Part shown: piece after piece, positions 33,745 to 46,650 of the stretch
Layout: every line of letters starts with the position of its first letter
Position numbering within the stretch: the stretch's first letter is position 1
Source of the DNA: Camelus ferus
Lineage: Eukaryota
Reading direction: 5' to 3'
Length of the DNA stretch: 64,000 nt
Assembly: GCF_009834535.1 (NCBI RefSeq)
Contig: NC_045701.1
Span: 30,442,001 to 30,506,000 of the forward strand
Notes under the pieces: generated by a model
Told to the model about the DNA's origin: nothing
What the model saw: only the letters and a program-made list of their open reading frames with translations
The model's database searches: none
Made by a program: the position numbers and the translations under genes

Positions 33745-36296
33745 ACAGAAAACGTTCCACACACCATCGATCCTCTGCTGCTTTCAACTCAGTAATTTTG
33801 CCAGGACTCTGAAAGGGAATTGGAAGTGACACCATTATGTGGGAAATTAGAGGGCTATTTCTGGCACAGGGGATTTGTATGACTCCAGAAAGCAGACTTG
33901 AGGAGAAACACATTAGACTCCGGGACTCTACATATGTTTCTGGGTCACTGATGCTATCAGCATTTGAGGTCAATGAGCAGAGGCTGGGAGGTTTCAAGCC
34001 TGGGTGGGTCATCACTTTTTGCCTCCTCCCATTCCAGGAGCCTTTAGATTCCCCTTTAGCCTCCTTTGCATTCAGCCATCCTTCCCTCAACCATTTCCTT
34101 TTCCTTTTCCAAAATCCTTACCAACCAGGACCGGAACCACCTTTACTTTGAACCATATTGTATCAAGAGCTGGAAGAAAGCTAGAGAATGCTGCATAGAG
34201 AGGGCATCAGGGTCCGGAAAAGGAACAATCTCGATCACTTTCCAAAGCTATGAATCCCCAGCAGGGAGCCAGAGAGAGCTATAGGGAAACAGAAGATGAA
34301 TGTGATTTCTGAATGAGCTTGAAGTGAGGAAGAATGGAATAAGAACAGGCAAGGAAGAGAAACACTGGACAAGGAAGGGCTGAGTTAGCTGGGCCGTGGT
34401 GACTAGAAACAGATTCAGGAGAGCACCTTGCTTCCAGGAGAGATAGGTTGTAACTGAAGAAAATTAGAATCATGAGAATTGAAAAATAAAAACAGAAGTG
34501 AAGATATGCAGGTTGGGAAAATGGATAAGAGGAGAAGCCAGTTGGAATAGTCACAAGAGAATTTACATGGAACAGTTTCCAAGTCTTCTCAATTCCTGTG
34601 CCCCTTCCCCACCCCTCATTCTCTACCCTACACGTGTATTTTTTATATATTTAAACAGAACAAAATGAAAGAATGAGACCTCCAACTGCCCTCCCACTTT
34701 GAGCCAGCTTTCTATTTTTGCATAATAAATGATTCTCTGAAGCAACCCTCTGGAGCTCCCAGCTTTTCCTTTGCTTACAGCCTGAGGGTTGGGTTTGGAT
34801 ATTGCAGGTATAAGATGGTAATTTGTGAAGAAAGGGAGATGGAGAACAGCATCAAAGAGGAACGAGAGTTCAGTGAATACCCCCGAGCCAGATGGGAGGC
34901 CAGTCAGAGACCATCACACATGAACAAGATACACCCAGGAACTAAAACGGAAGAATGCCAGGCTCATTCCCGTGGGATAATTCATGCCACTGCGCCCTTC
35001 CCCTGAAGGACAGTTTTCCAGTGTCTTGCCTCCCTCACCCTACAAAATGGTCCCTTGCTCCTGGCTCTGGGGGATAGAGTACAAAAAACGGCTGCAAGGA
35101 CATGAAGGTGGCTGGTACGTGTGTCAATCCCCAGACGCCCTCACATCCCGCCCGTCCCCCCCTCCTCCCCTCGCCGACCTGAGGGAGGAGCTGATGGCCA
35201 CCAGCAAAGGTGAAGCGAAAGGGATGCAGACAGCAGTTACACCCCTGTCCCCCTGCCCGGGTCCGCAGGGATGCTTAAAGACTCCAGTTGTCAATTCTTT
35301 CCTTTTGATTTCAGCTTTGTTCTGAGTTACGCTCTTAAGATTTGTTAAGTATCAGAAACAGAAAACATTCCCCTTTTTACTGTACATTTATCCAATTGGG
35401 AAATTCTGATGTTGGTGAGAAGAGAGGGTATAAGCGGCTTCCATTGCCCTGGGCACTGTGTGCCCTGACTACATGCCTGGCCTCTAGTCAGAATTGACTC
35501 TCACTTTCCAGTTAGTCCTAAAACCTGTCTAGAAAGGTGGCATCTCCCACTCCAGCCCTCTCCCTGACCACTAGTGGAGCACTCTCTAAAGCTCAGTGTC
35601 TACCCTCCTGCCACAGGTTCACTGTTTTGTGTGTTCCTTCAGAGAATCACCCTTTAATATCTCTTTATGAGTTCCAGAATTTTCAAGCTGACGCCACAAG
35701 GCTCTCATCACTGTGTTCTTCTGGTTTTAATCTCCTTACCATTGCACCCTTGCTTAGCTATCTTGGGCTTCTGTCCCTAAAGTCAGGGAAACATTCCTTG
35801 AGAACGAGAGGAAGAGAAAAAACAGAGTCCTAGGTCTGAAACCGAGACAAAAAGGAGGTAGTTTGTGGTTCACCTTCTATAAAGTCACCCACCCTCTCAT
35901 CTGAGCCTCTGATCCAGAGCATGGGCAGGAGCCACAGACCACGGCTGACCATGGTATCAAGCCCTTCCTACATAGCTACATACCTAGCCCATCTCTAGGA
36001 TCATAAACAACGGGAGATTTAGGAAGAGACCTCGGAGCTGGAGAAAATTAGGAAGAACCATGCCAACCACAAGAGGGCACTGCATCCCCATGGGCTGGCC
36101 TGGAACGTGCAGGATCAACAACGAAGAGAGGTCAGACAAGGACAGCAAAACCCCTCTCCCTTGCTCCCGGCAGACAGCATCTCCCCCTCAACCTCGCCCC
36201 TGGGTTTCTTATAGATGCAGAGACATCCATCGGAGAGACACACAATCCCCGCTCATTTCACACATCACCTCTGTGGCAGACACATACACGTGCTCT
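33745..36296 (+). repeat. Local segmental duplication, copy 2 (has ~1.6 kb, 34409-35994, absent from copy 1)
   Basis: 33745-34408 aligns to 15093-15764 and 35995-36296 aligns to 15766-16045. Confidence 0.95.
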
Positions 36297-36711
36297 CATA
36301 TATGTACACACAAATGTAATTTACTCCCTCCTCTGAAGATGACCCTGCTAACAGTGTATCTGTGTAGGTAAATGTACTGAGAGGACCTGCCTTCCCTTCC
36401 TTAACACCCAACAGCAGCTGTTGCCAGTCAAGTCTGAGTTCTTTGCCTTTTTCTCGTGTTTTGTTTATCTACGAGTTAGCTGGTCCAATGATTCCAATTA
36501 TGGTGTTTCTCTTCTTTACTGTGGCACTTAAGCACTCTTTGCTGCCTGCCCTGCGTGTGGTTACCCAACACTCTCGCCATCAATAGCTGCCTCTGTAACC
36601 CTGCTGGTCACCTAATACCGCCCCCTTCTGATCCTAGCCTATGGCATTTCAAATAGATTCAGTCCTGTGAGAGAGTGAGGAAACACTCAAGATTTAAGAA
36701 CATATTTCAGA

Positions 36712-36840
36712 GGGGAGGGTAGAGCTCAAGTGGCAGTGCTCATGCTCAGCATGCACAAGGTCCTGGGTTCAATTTCCCAGTACCTCCTTTAGAAATAAGT
36801 AAACCTGATGACCTTTCCCCCCAAAAAAATTTTTTTAAAA
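36712..36840 (+). mobile_element. tRNA-derived SINE, Vic-1 (camelid) type
   Basis: GGGGAGGGTAGAGCTCAAGTGG...GGTCCTGGGTTCAAT head and AAATAAGTAAACC body. Imperfect flanking repeat (GAACATATTT / GGACATATTC). Confidence 0.85.
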
Positions 36841-37745
36841 GGACATATTCCTTGCCCCACTTCCATGTCAGTGTGTCAGCATCAGACACCAAGCTGCATT
36901 AGTCCTCGGCCCCGTTCCACTGAGGAGAGTATGAATGCCGGTGCCTGTGGGGTTTCTATAAAGTAGGCTGGCCAGTGACCTTGTAATAATCCATCTGCAG
37001 TCGTCTTGCCATTAATGCTGTCAGGTGTCTTCTTGTTTTTCCTTCTTGTTCCCCAAGAGCCCAAGAATCAGCCTGCAATAGCCACAGAATATCTGAAGTC
37101 CTCTTGATGATTATTGCTCATACCTGAAGAGCTGCTCTGAGAACCACAAATATAGTCTAGTTAACTCCCTGAGCTCTGGGATTCCAGGGGGAGGAGAAAT
37201 CGAGAGAAAATCCTTTTTGCTGTGACTCTCCTGAAGGAGTATTCACATTGGGAGCAACTACGAGCAACACAACCCCTCTAGTAACTGCACGAGGCCTACT
37301 CTCCTGACTGTAACGAGCCACCCGAAGTGGAACTTAGGTGACCTTCGGAGGATCCTGCTGGAAAATGAGTCACGAGATGCCCTTAGATACTTCAGTGGGC
37401 TTTCTGCATTTCCTTGAGGTCTTGATGTTGGTGACATCTCTGAAATCCTACAGCATTTTTCAATCGTCCATCCCACTGATAAGGAAGTCTAAGATCTGAG
37501 CAACTCCTCCTGCCCAAACTTGAAAATACTAGCCACATCGAGGACAATACCATTCCGTTGGAATAGGGACCAGCGACTATGTCACCACACTTCGTGAAGC
37601 GTCTGTGCTCCATGAGCCCTCTAGCATGGTTTTTGTCACTTTGAGAAGAGAATGTGAGAGCTGGGCAGGGAGAGGGGAGGAAAGGGGGGTATGAGGCAGA
37701 CATACTCTGACAAAGAAGAATTACGGTGCTCAGATTCCTCTACAG

Positions 37746-37751
37746 TTTATT
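37746..37751 (-). terminator. Polyadenylation signal of NDRG2
   Basis: TTTATT on the plus strand (AATAAA on minus), ~800 nt past the stop codon. Confidence 0.75.
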
Positions 37752-38550
37752 GTTACAGCAGTTGTGGGAGACAGGAGGGCACCCTGCACACAGCACACAC
37801 TGTGGTCAGAGCCCCGAGGCAGCCCCTCCCACACCTACGCCGAGCCCCAAGCAGCCCTGCCCAGCGTGGCTCCCTCCCCCTCCCCACTCTAGACACACAG
37901 TACAAGACAGCTACTGAAGTTAGTGCAGCCAGTGGCCCCAGGCCCCCTCCTACTGCCCAGCTCCAACCCCTCCCGCCTGCTGGTTCACTGCCTACCTCCT
38001 CCCATTCCAACTTCCGTTTCCACACTGAATGTTTCAGTCACATCCTGAGGACCACTAACCCACCAGCAAGCCTCCCCGTCACACATTCGTTTAGGCCCAG
38101 ACCCTTCAGATGGCTGAAGGATTCATGAGAAGCCATATCAGCTTTGGTGAGTGGAGCCCCAGACCCAAGCCCCTTACTCTTGCAATACGAGATGTGAAGG
38201 GAGAGTCTGGTGGGGGCCCCGCAGACGACAACAACCTCCTATATCCCTTAGCTACAGACACCTGGATTAGGGAGAGGGGATACATGCCTTCTCCATCTTA
38301 ACACCAAAATGAGACAGAGGGATAATTTATGGGTCTGGGTCCCTAAGAGATATTAGGACCTCTCTCCCAGGAGCTGAGGGGAATCACAGGTTAGAGGTCA
38401 AGGTTAAGGTAGCAATCAAAGATCAAGGTCGTCTCCCCACATGATCTGCCCATCTTCCCTTGGTCACTCTGGCCCAGTGCTCTCTGCACCTCCCAGGTTA
38501 GTGCTGGGGGAGGTGAGGGCTGGGTCCCACACCAGGGCAACAAGGGTCAT

Positions 38551-41500
38551 TCAACAGGAGACCTCCATGGTGTGCCCCGGGGGCCCTGAAGGGAGAGTCC
38601 CAGACTCGCTGCTCTGGGACAGCGTGCGAGAACGGGACCGGTTGCCATCAACGGATGCTGCACTGGTCAGGGAGGCTGTGCGAGACCGGGACAGGCGAGT
38701 CATACAGGATGAGGCCACTGTGGAGACAGCAGAATAAGCAGGCAGTCAGAGAGGAGCGGGAAGAGAGCACAGCCACTCAGAGTGGGGCACTTAGGTGGAG
38801 AGGAGTGTTACATGGGGCCAGGTCCATGAGCTTGTTTTGGTAGATGGTGGTTAAGTCTGGGAATTAGCCTAAAAGGGTTCCTCCCCCTCAGTGCCCATCC
38901 CTCTTCCTGTGCAGCAACCTCTTGTCCTCATGACAGCCTCTGACCCCCATACTCACTGTAGCCCATGCCCTGCAGGAAGTACTTGAAGGCCTCCGTCAGC
39001 TTGCCTGGCTGCGGGAGTAAAATGAGCAGAGAGAGAGAGCGAAGGGTGGTTAGAAGCTGAGCTGGAGCCCCAGGCCGTGGCAGGTTAGAGACGGGGTGTG
39101 TGGTGAAGGGTCTCATTCAGCGCCACTAAAAGCCCATCCCACGGATGGCAGGGACACTCACCTGAGTCAGCTGGGGCTGACCTCCGGAGTCAGCCATCTG
39201 TTCAGGAGAGAGCCATCCAGAAAAAGTGATACGCACGTAAATACAATGAGCCATGCCAAGAGGCAGACAAGGATCTCTCTTCCCCAGGTTCCCCTCTCCA
39301 GGCCTTCAGGGTGGTTTTGATTTTCTGACTCCACCCACCCACCTGTTCCCACGCAGGACCCTGGAAGCCTACAAGCTCAATCTAGAGAGGATCTATGGCT
39401 CGGGACAAGGGGCCAGGAGTCAGGCCGCGTAGGGAGTAGGGTTACTGACCTTGAGGAAGGAAGTCTGAGTGGGGTCCAGTTTTGAGTTACATTCCACCTG
39501 GAGTAAGTAGGAGGCTAAATGAATGAGGTCACACTCCCTGGGGCCCCTCCCATCCAAGGGACCAGGGACCCAGACCCCAGATCCTTTCTCGTCAGCAACC
39601 TACCCATTTCCTTTTTACCAGAAATCAACCTCTCATATCCCAAAGTTGCTCTCCCTGACCCAAACAGACCTTGCCTCTTGGCAAGATACACCTCTGACTG
39701 CCACCCTAGGACTCCAACCCTCCCTCACCCACCCCAAAATCCCCTACTGACCACTGCATCTTCATGGGGTGCTTGGTCTCCTACCACCAGCATCACAGGG
39801 CACCTAGAGGCATGGTGTCGGCGAGCAGGCAGTGAGCCCCTGGCACTCCCTCCCCCGCCTCTTCCCAGAGGAGCAGCTGGAAAACATTGGCTCCAAAGAG
39901 GAAACAGCCTTCTGAACCCTGCCAACCCCACCAAGAAGGTTCAAAGGGGGGAGACCTAGAGGGTGGTGACTTGCTAAATAGGACAGGGTGGGAGATGACA
40001 AGAAAATTCCCTGGGAAAAGGATGTAAGCACCTAGGAAAGGCCCAGGGAGAGAGGCCAAGCTTTATCCCTAAGTCTTACTTGAGGGTGATGTCGCCTCCA
40101 CGCTCAAAGTTCAGGTCTCGGCGGCTAAAGAGGGTTTAAAAGAAGAGTAGGAATTTCAGGCAAGCAGTGCTATCCATCCAGATAGAAGCTCTCTTCCCCC
40201 ATGAGAAAGCTACCTTCCTCCCCCAAATTACAGTCAAATAGTGATGATTACAAGTGGGAACCGAAGGAGAAGGCGGCCGACAGGCCTCAAGCATGAGCCC
40301 TATGGTCATTTGTGCCCGAGGTCCCTGGTCACAGGGCAGTGAAGGAGACAGAAGAGCACGAGGACATGAGATCGTCTTACTTCCGAGAATCCAAAATCTA
40401 AGGAAGTAACAGGAGAGAGGGGGCCGGCTCCTCACGATTCTCCCCCCAGCGTCTGTCCCGCAGCTGCCCCAGCTGCACACCAAATCCCACCCACTCACTT
40501 GTTGTAGCTGTTCCAATACAGTTCGATGTTGTCCAGGTTGGGGGCATGTGCGATGATATTTCTATACTTTTGTATTAACTCGGAATTTCCAGACAGCTCT
40601 TCCTGAAGGAAAGAAAAGGGAGAAAAATTAGGGCTGGGAAGAGAAGTCAACAGTTACTAGATGCATATGTGTGACTGAAACGTTATGCTGTATACCAGAA
40701 ATTGACACACTGTAATTGACTATACTTCAATTAAAAAAATAAAAGTTACTGGATGTGAAGAGGCAAGCCTTCTCCCCCCCCCCCCAGATCCCGTCCCAGG
40801 TAAGGAGGTCACCTCAGGCATTCCAGTCCCTGCCGGTCCCCTCCACGTCTTCCATTGTCCACAACCACTTACCTGGCTGAAAAGATGTCCAAGGATCATC
40901 TCCGAAATGGAAGAGGTGAGGCCTGTTAGCTATGAGGAAAGGGCAGGTGAGAAGGCTCAGGACACTATAAGGAGAAGAGACCCAGGCAAAGTGACACGGC
41001 TTCTTCCCTGCTCCATCCCCTGCCTTGAAGCTCGCAGGCCAATCAGTTATGCTCGGAGAGCCTAAATGGACCCATACAAGGGCAAGCCAGCCCTAAATCT
41101 CAGCACACAGACCCCTCCAAACCTTGTGAGCCGCCCAGTCCATCCAGCCCTTGGCATTGGGATCGATGTTGATGAGGACAAGACCCTCAACAGTATCCGG
41201 GTGGGTAAGCTGAGGGGCAGCGGACAGAAGGGAAATCAGAGGCAGGCACGGACTTATCCCCTCCCCACCAAGCTCACCCATTCCAGGCTCCCCACCCTCG
41301 TACCCACCAAGCCAAGCACACCCCCTAGCAAATAATACTCTCCTAATCAGTCTGCCTGGGCCTTGGACCCACCTCTCCCTGTCTGGGGTTTTTTTATGTC
41401 TTACAGCATATCGCGACAGGACGTAGGCCCCAGCTCCAACACCAACTCCAATTATTGTGGAGAAACTGTGAAAGGGAAACGTAGGTCTGATGGGCCCCAA

Positions 41501-43947
41501 TGTCCCAAACTGTGGCTCTCCAAACTCCTCTCCCTCCTTCCTAAGGCCACAGTCACAGAGGACAGAAAGGGACCTTCCTTAAATGGGTGGGAGGGAAGAA
41601 GCACTGCTGAAAAGGAAGGTGCTGAGGAACTGAAAATGACCCTGGTGGCCAGTGTAGGTCCCTGAAGCCTTTCCCCAGCCCCCTCTGGGAGACCGAGCAT
41701 CCTGAACAGAAACACCCATCTGCCTGCCAACCAGACAGTTTCCTCTATAGCTCTTTGTCCATCCTCCACTTTCAGAAGCCAGTTCAACTTGCTCTGTTTT
41801 AGTTCCTGGTTCCTCTAGAGGAACTAGGAAGAAGGGAACTTGAAAGAGGACGTGGAAAAAAAAAAAAAAAAAGATACAACTTCAGTGAACAACAGGAAGA
41901 ATGCGGGGGAAGAGAGCCAAAGAAGTGAACCAGAGCTGCCCAGGGCCCCGGTGCCCAGGAAAAGCCAAGCCAAGCCAGGGATGGAGCCCAGGCGCCATCT
42001 GCACTAGACGTGCCCTGAGGAGGACTCGCTCAGCTTTCTCTTCCTTCTCCCACTCCTCTTACACACAGGGCACCCGTGCAGCAGGTGTGTGTCTGGAGGA
42101 GTCAGAGGGAGTGGGAGGGAAAGACAGGTCTGTCTGGTTCTGCAGGACTACATCGCCGCCTCCGCTTCTTCTCTAAGCTTCCTTCCAGGTCCCTTCTCAG
42201 CCTGAGGCAGGGCCCCCCTGCACACAGCTTCCTTTTCCTCTCTCTTCTATCCCTGAGGGCTACTCTGCTGACTCAAGTCAGTTTTCCAAACCCACCCCAC
42301 TTCTTCTCAACAATCAGAGGAGGGAGGAGGAGGGAGAACTGGCCCAGGAGCCAGGGAGGACACAGGAGTTCTAAGGGCCACCTTGTGCTGGAAAGAGAAC
42401 TCTGGCTTGGAGGGGTCCCCAGGCCTCTCACTTTAGGTACTGCAGGATGCAAGGGATCATGTCCGCAAGCTGGTCCAGAGATGGGTACTGATACCTGGGG
42501 AAGAAAGGAATGTTAAGGAAGATACCAACCTGGCCCCATGGCCCCCACCTCAGTGTCTGCCTCCTCCTTTCCCAGAATCACCACTTGCCCTCCCTCTCCT
42601 CCTCCCCTGCTGTGATCTTCCCCACACCTGCCCTGTGCCTCACAGTCTGATGAGGAGGGAAGGAGCTAATCCTCACCCCAGAGGGAACACGGGAGCACCC
42701 TCTTCCATTCCAGGGGCGTCCACATGAACCCGCACGAAGTTCTGAATGATTTCCTGCATATCCCCAAATTGAAACAGCGGCTGGAAGCAGGATTTATCTA
42801 AAGAGAACCCCCATCACCCCAACAGTAGAATCAGACAGGGAAAACATCCCCAAGTCTGAACCCACCCTCTTTCTTCCATGCCACAGTCAGACTAGGAGAG
42901 AACTTCTTGACTTTGCCACATGGCTCCCTTCCTGCCCATTCTGACCCTTCCCCTCACCCTGGGCTTTGACCCTTCCCCCCCAGAAGAAATGGGAGGGCAA
43001 GTGAAGGTCCTTACAGTTGAGCCCCACATCATGGTAGGTGAGTATCGCTGGGCGTTTGGGTTTAGGGGTGCCATAGACAGTAAAAGTGACAGAGCCATAC
43101 GGTGTCTCCACAGAGTGAGTCTGCAGGAAAATAGGTCACCATTAGGTGGGAGTTCGTCTGAGACAAAAAGAGGCAGGAGACTCCACAAAAGTCAGGGAGT
43201 TGGGGGGGGCGGGGCCAAGAGAGGAGACGGGGACACAGCATTAGAAATAGCATCGGCAAGAATTTAGTTTAGGAAAATGTGACACTCGAAGATGATTTGG
43301 GGGGTGGAAAAGAATAACAAGAGATTGGAGAGCATCAAGGAACTCTGGGAAGGGAGGAGAAAAGAAGGAAAAGGAAGAGATGGGGACCAGAAAGGACTAG
43401 AATACAAGGAGAGAAGCAGAGAGAAGAGCCAACTAGGAGCCTTCTCCTTCCTGGGGCAAGGAGAGCCCCTCCTCCTACCTGGGGCTGCCCCCAAGCTGTT
43501 ACCTGTCCCTGGTCTAGGAGGACTCGGGCAGCTAATTCAGCCTCCTGGAGAGAGACACACACAGACAGATACATACAGAAACACACAGCCATGTAGAGTC
43601 AGATGGAGAGACAGACAGGGATAAAGAGAGGTAGGTAAAGAGACCACAGCGACCAAAGACAGAAAGAGATTGACAAAAAGAGACATGGAGAGGATGGAGG
43701 TTAGCAGAGTGACCAGACAAAAGCCTGTGCTCTCAATCATGGTGTATGGGGAGAAAAACATGGGTAGACGTGGAGAAAGCAGGAGTACAGGTTAGAAGGA
43801 GATCATGAATTTGGGAAGGTAAGAAGTGATGGGGATGCTTGGAGGCCTGGGAGTCAGAGGGTATCTGATAACCTTGGCCACCTCGGGTGTCTGCCCTGGC
43901 AACAGCGGCTTCTCCTCCGTGATCTGCACTTCCTGCAGCTCCGCCAT
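38551..43947 (-). CDS. NDRG2: N-myc downstream-regulated gene 2 protein, 371 aa, 15 coding exons
   Basis: Exons: 43947-43873, 43544-43503 (42-nt exon, alternatively spliced in human), 43120-43015, 42797-42677, 42494-42432, 41465-41405, 41209-41123, 40929-40873, 40602-40499, 40124-40080, 39803-39752, 39497-39450, 39197-39162, 39008-38957, 38717-38551. They total 1116 nt. The protein runs [22 protein letters not shown] ... GHTMEVSC, and all introns are GT-AG. Confidence 0.98.
40664..40743 (+). mobile_element. Very short L1 3' end inside an NDRG2 intron
   Basis: ...CCAGAAATTGACACACTGTAATTGACTATACTTCAATTAAAAAAATAAA, with TSD AGTTACT(A/G)GATG at 40652-40663 and 40744-40755. Confidence 0.88.
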
Positions 43948-45279
43948 GGTGGCCTGGCAGGGTGAGGAAACACGGGGACTGGGGAGGATGCCTCCACACC
44001 CCCACATCTCCCAGAACACCTGGCTTCCTCTCTCAGCACCAGACAATGCCGGATGCAGAGGGCCCCAGGGGCTGAAGCCTACTCCAAAACACAGAGAGAG
44101 CCTTTCCTGCCCCCAGCTCCAGGCCCAGGCCAATGGGGGGATGGCTTGTGGAAGAGAAATCAGGACACCACTTCCCTTCAGACTGGCCATCCCCAAACCC
44201 CCTTCACACCCACACCTCCAAACTCCTCTCCCCTATCCTCACTGGAAATAGTAGGGTGGGGCAGCAGTGTGGCTCAGGTTTCCCAGGCTATCTTTAGGGG
44301 CCACCCCATACTCCCAGTTAGCTAGGGGGTGAAACTTGTGGCTCAGTGACTGAATACTCCAAAGATACTAAGGGATGGGTACTGAGAGTTCACCATTAAC
44401 TGTGACCTTCAGCTAAAGCCCCAAGGTCAGCAGCTCAAAGGGAAAGGGGCTAAAAAAAAGGACTTGAGTAACAGGACCAAGGGGGGAAGGGGGGAAACAA
44501 GATAAGAGGGACAAGGGACATCTGTGTCCAATTGACCAAGTGCTTCCCTTCCTCCCAAGACTCTTCCTCCAGACTGTGAATAAATTAGTATATATTCAAC
44601 CTAAGCAGAGCCAAAGAGGGGCCAAGCACCTGTGCAGACCTGCAGCCTTGGGGGGGTGGGGTCACTTACTGGGCTCCTATTGGCTGGATGCAGTGGGGTT
44701 AGGGGTCAGGGTTCTCACTCCTCCTGGCTCTGGGGTCTGAGAAAACAAAGCAATGAGGTGAATGACATGGGAGACAGACCCTGGGTCGTTTAGGGACAGA
44801 AAGCCTAAGCCAAAACCTGGACTATCTGGGTCACCAATCCTTGCCGGGTCACTAACCCTCCCCATTATGTACCCCCGAGTCCAGTCAACAAGTCTTCTCT
44901 AGGCATCAGTCAGAATCAATACAAGCTGGAGGGGCCTGCGGCGCAACACAAAGAACAGGTACCAGTCCAGGCTGGGGCGGTGGGGGGGGGGGGGGGAGAA
45001 GGAAGTGCTGATGTGGAGGAAGGAGCGTGGCTTGTATCAGAACCTCCGGATTCTAGTCCCAGCTCTGCCGTTACCAGCGTGACCTTGGCTCAGTCTGTCA
45101 CTTCTCTTGCCTTCAGTTTATTTGCAAACGAAGTGGGGACTAGAGGATCCCCAAGATTTTTTACAGCTTTCGAGTAAGATGGGGGTGTCAGAACACGATT
45201 GTTTTTCTCCACCATTTAAATTTTTTTTCTTTCTCAAGCCTGGTGCCTTTGCTTCTCTCCTCCACCCAGTCTCGGTGTG

Positions 45280-46650
45280 GGTCCCCGCGAGTGGAGAAGG
45301 AGGGTGAGGGGCGGTCCCACAATCTCCTCCCAGCCTCCCCCGACGACCCGCAAGGGTCAAGTGCCAGCTGGGAAGGGATGGGTAGGACAGATGGGACTGG
45401 CTGGGCCCAGCCCCCGGTATCTGAACCTACGAGTCCCTTCGCTGCGCGTCCGCGTGAGGGCTGACACGCTCGCGCGGCGGGCGCCGAGCGCCCTGGACCC
45501 TGGACACCACCTCACGCACGCCCCAAACACGCCCTGCAGCCCGCGGAGCCTCCGCCTTTGTGCGCAGCAGCCCAGCGCCCCGCCTTGCGGGCCCCTTCCC
45601 GCAAGCCGTCGACTCCGAGCGCTGGGGATCAAACCGCCCCCCGGCCCGGCTGGCGCCATCCAGGGTCCTAGTCCCTCGCCCGCCCTTCCCCCTACCTGCT
45701 GCCGCGGCGGCCTCTTCCACCTTCACTTGCCTTTGACTCTCCGGCCCGCCCCGGCCCGGGCTCCCCACAGGCCCGCCCCCGGCCCGCCCCAGCCCGCCCA
45801 CGGCCCGCCAGCTCCCAGCGGACCCGCCCCGGACCCCCTGTAAACACGCCCCCCTTCACCCCGCCCAGGCTGCCTGCGGCTCTGGGAGGGGCTGTGCTGG
45901 GGGCCGGAGGGGCACTCTAAAGAAAGCCAACTGCTGGGTGCTTCCAGGTTCTGCCCTCGCTCCCCACAACATTCCCCCTCCCCCGCAACGGGGCGGCTGT
46001 GGGGCGTGCGGGGATCCCTTAGTCCTGCGGGGGATCCCCACGCCCGTTCTCAACCCCGCCCCCACCCGTGACCTGGCTCTGCCTGTCGCGCTTTGGCCCC
46101 TTCCTTCGCCTCCAGACACAGTGGTGGGAACGGGTAGAAGGGAGATGAATCCCGGGTGCTGGCACCCCACGAATTCGACTCCGCCCAGACAGAAACAGAG
46201 AACTAGGTTAAGGAAAGATCACTGCTGAGGAGGCAGGGGTCTCTCCCGCCGGGAGGGGAAGGTGTGCCTGCACGAACTTGGTGGGGGGGGACGTCGAGGG
46301 CGCAGGAAGTTCCAACTCCGGGGTGCTCAGGGTCCTGGTACCTCCTCTCTCTGCTGTGTCCCGACGCCTGTGCTCCGGCTGCTCCCTGAGAAGTTGGAAA
46401 ACAAGGCGGGGAGGGGGGTGGGGAATGCAGGGGGCCGCTATAAATAGAGGAAGATCGCGGGAGGGGGGGAGTGGATGGCCAACGAGGACTCCCGGGTCAA
46501 GGCCCCAAGGGGGGGCGGAGGAGGAGCCAGGGACCCCCAGGAGTTCTGACTCTTGGGTAAACAGGCGCAGGGGTGGAGTTAACTTTGTGGAGGTGGAGTA
46601 GGGGCTTGGGGAGGACGCAGTGTCCCGGGCTGGGACCCAAGAGACCCTGT
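45280..46650 (-). promoter_or_regulatory. CpG island promoter and non-coding first exon of NDRG2
   Basis: Very CpG-rich, with clustered GC boxes (CCGCCC) at ~45745-45870. Candidate exon-1 donor GGGACTC|GTAGGT at 45429-45431. Confidence 0.8.

Noticed and set aside
36850-37660. Minus-strand acceptor plus ACCATG (~37626), and scattered RNase-like words in one frame (MVLSSMWLVFSSLG, FQRCH, CEYSFRRVTAKRI)
   Set aside because: The spacing needs three large deletions relative to any RNase, the C-K-x-x-N-T-F motif is absent and there are four stops. Not distinguishable from chance by eye.
45277-45843. 188-aa ORF in the NDRG2 CpG island
   Set aside because: A Pro/Ala/Arg-rich product, as expected from stop-poor GC-rich DNA.
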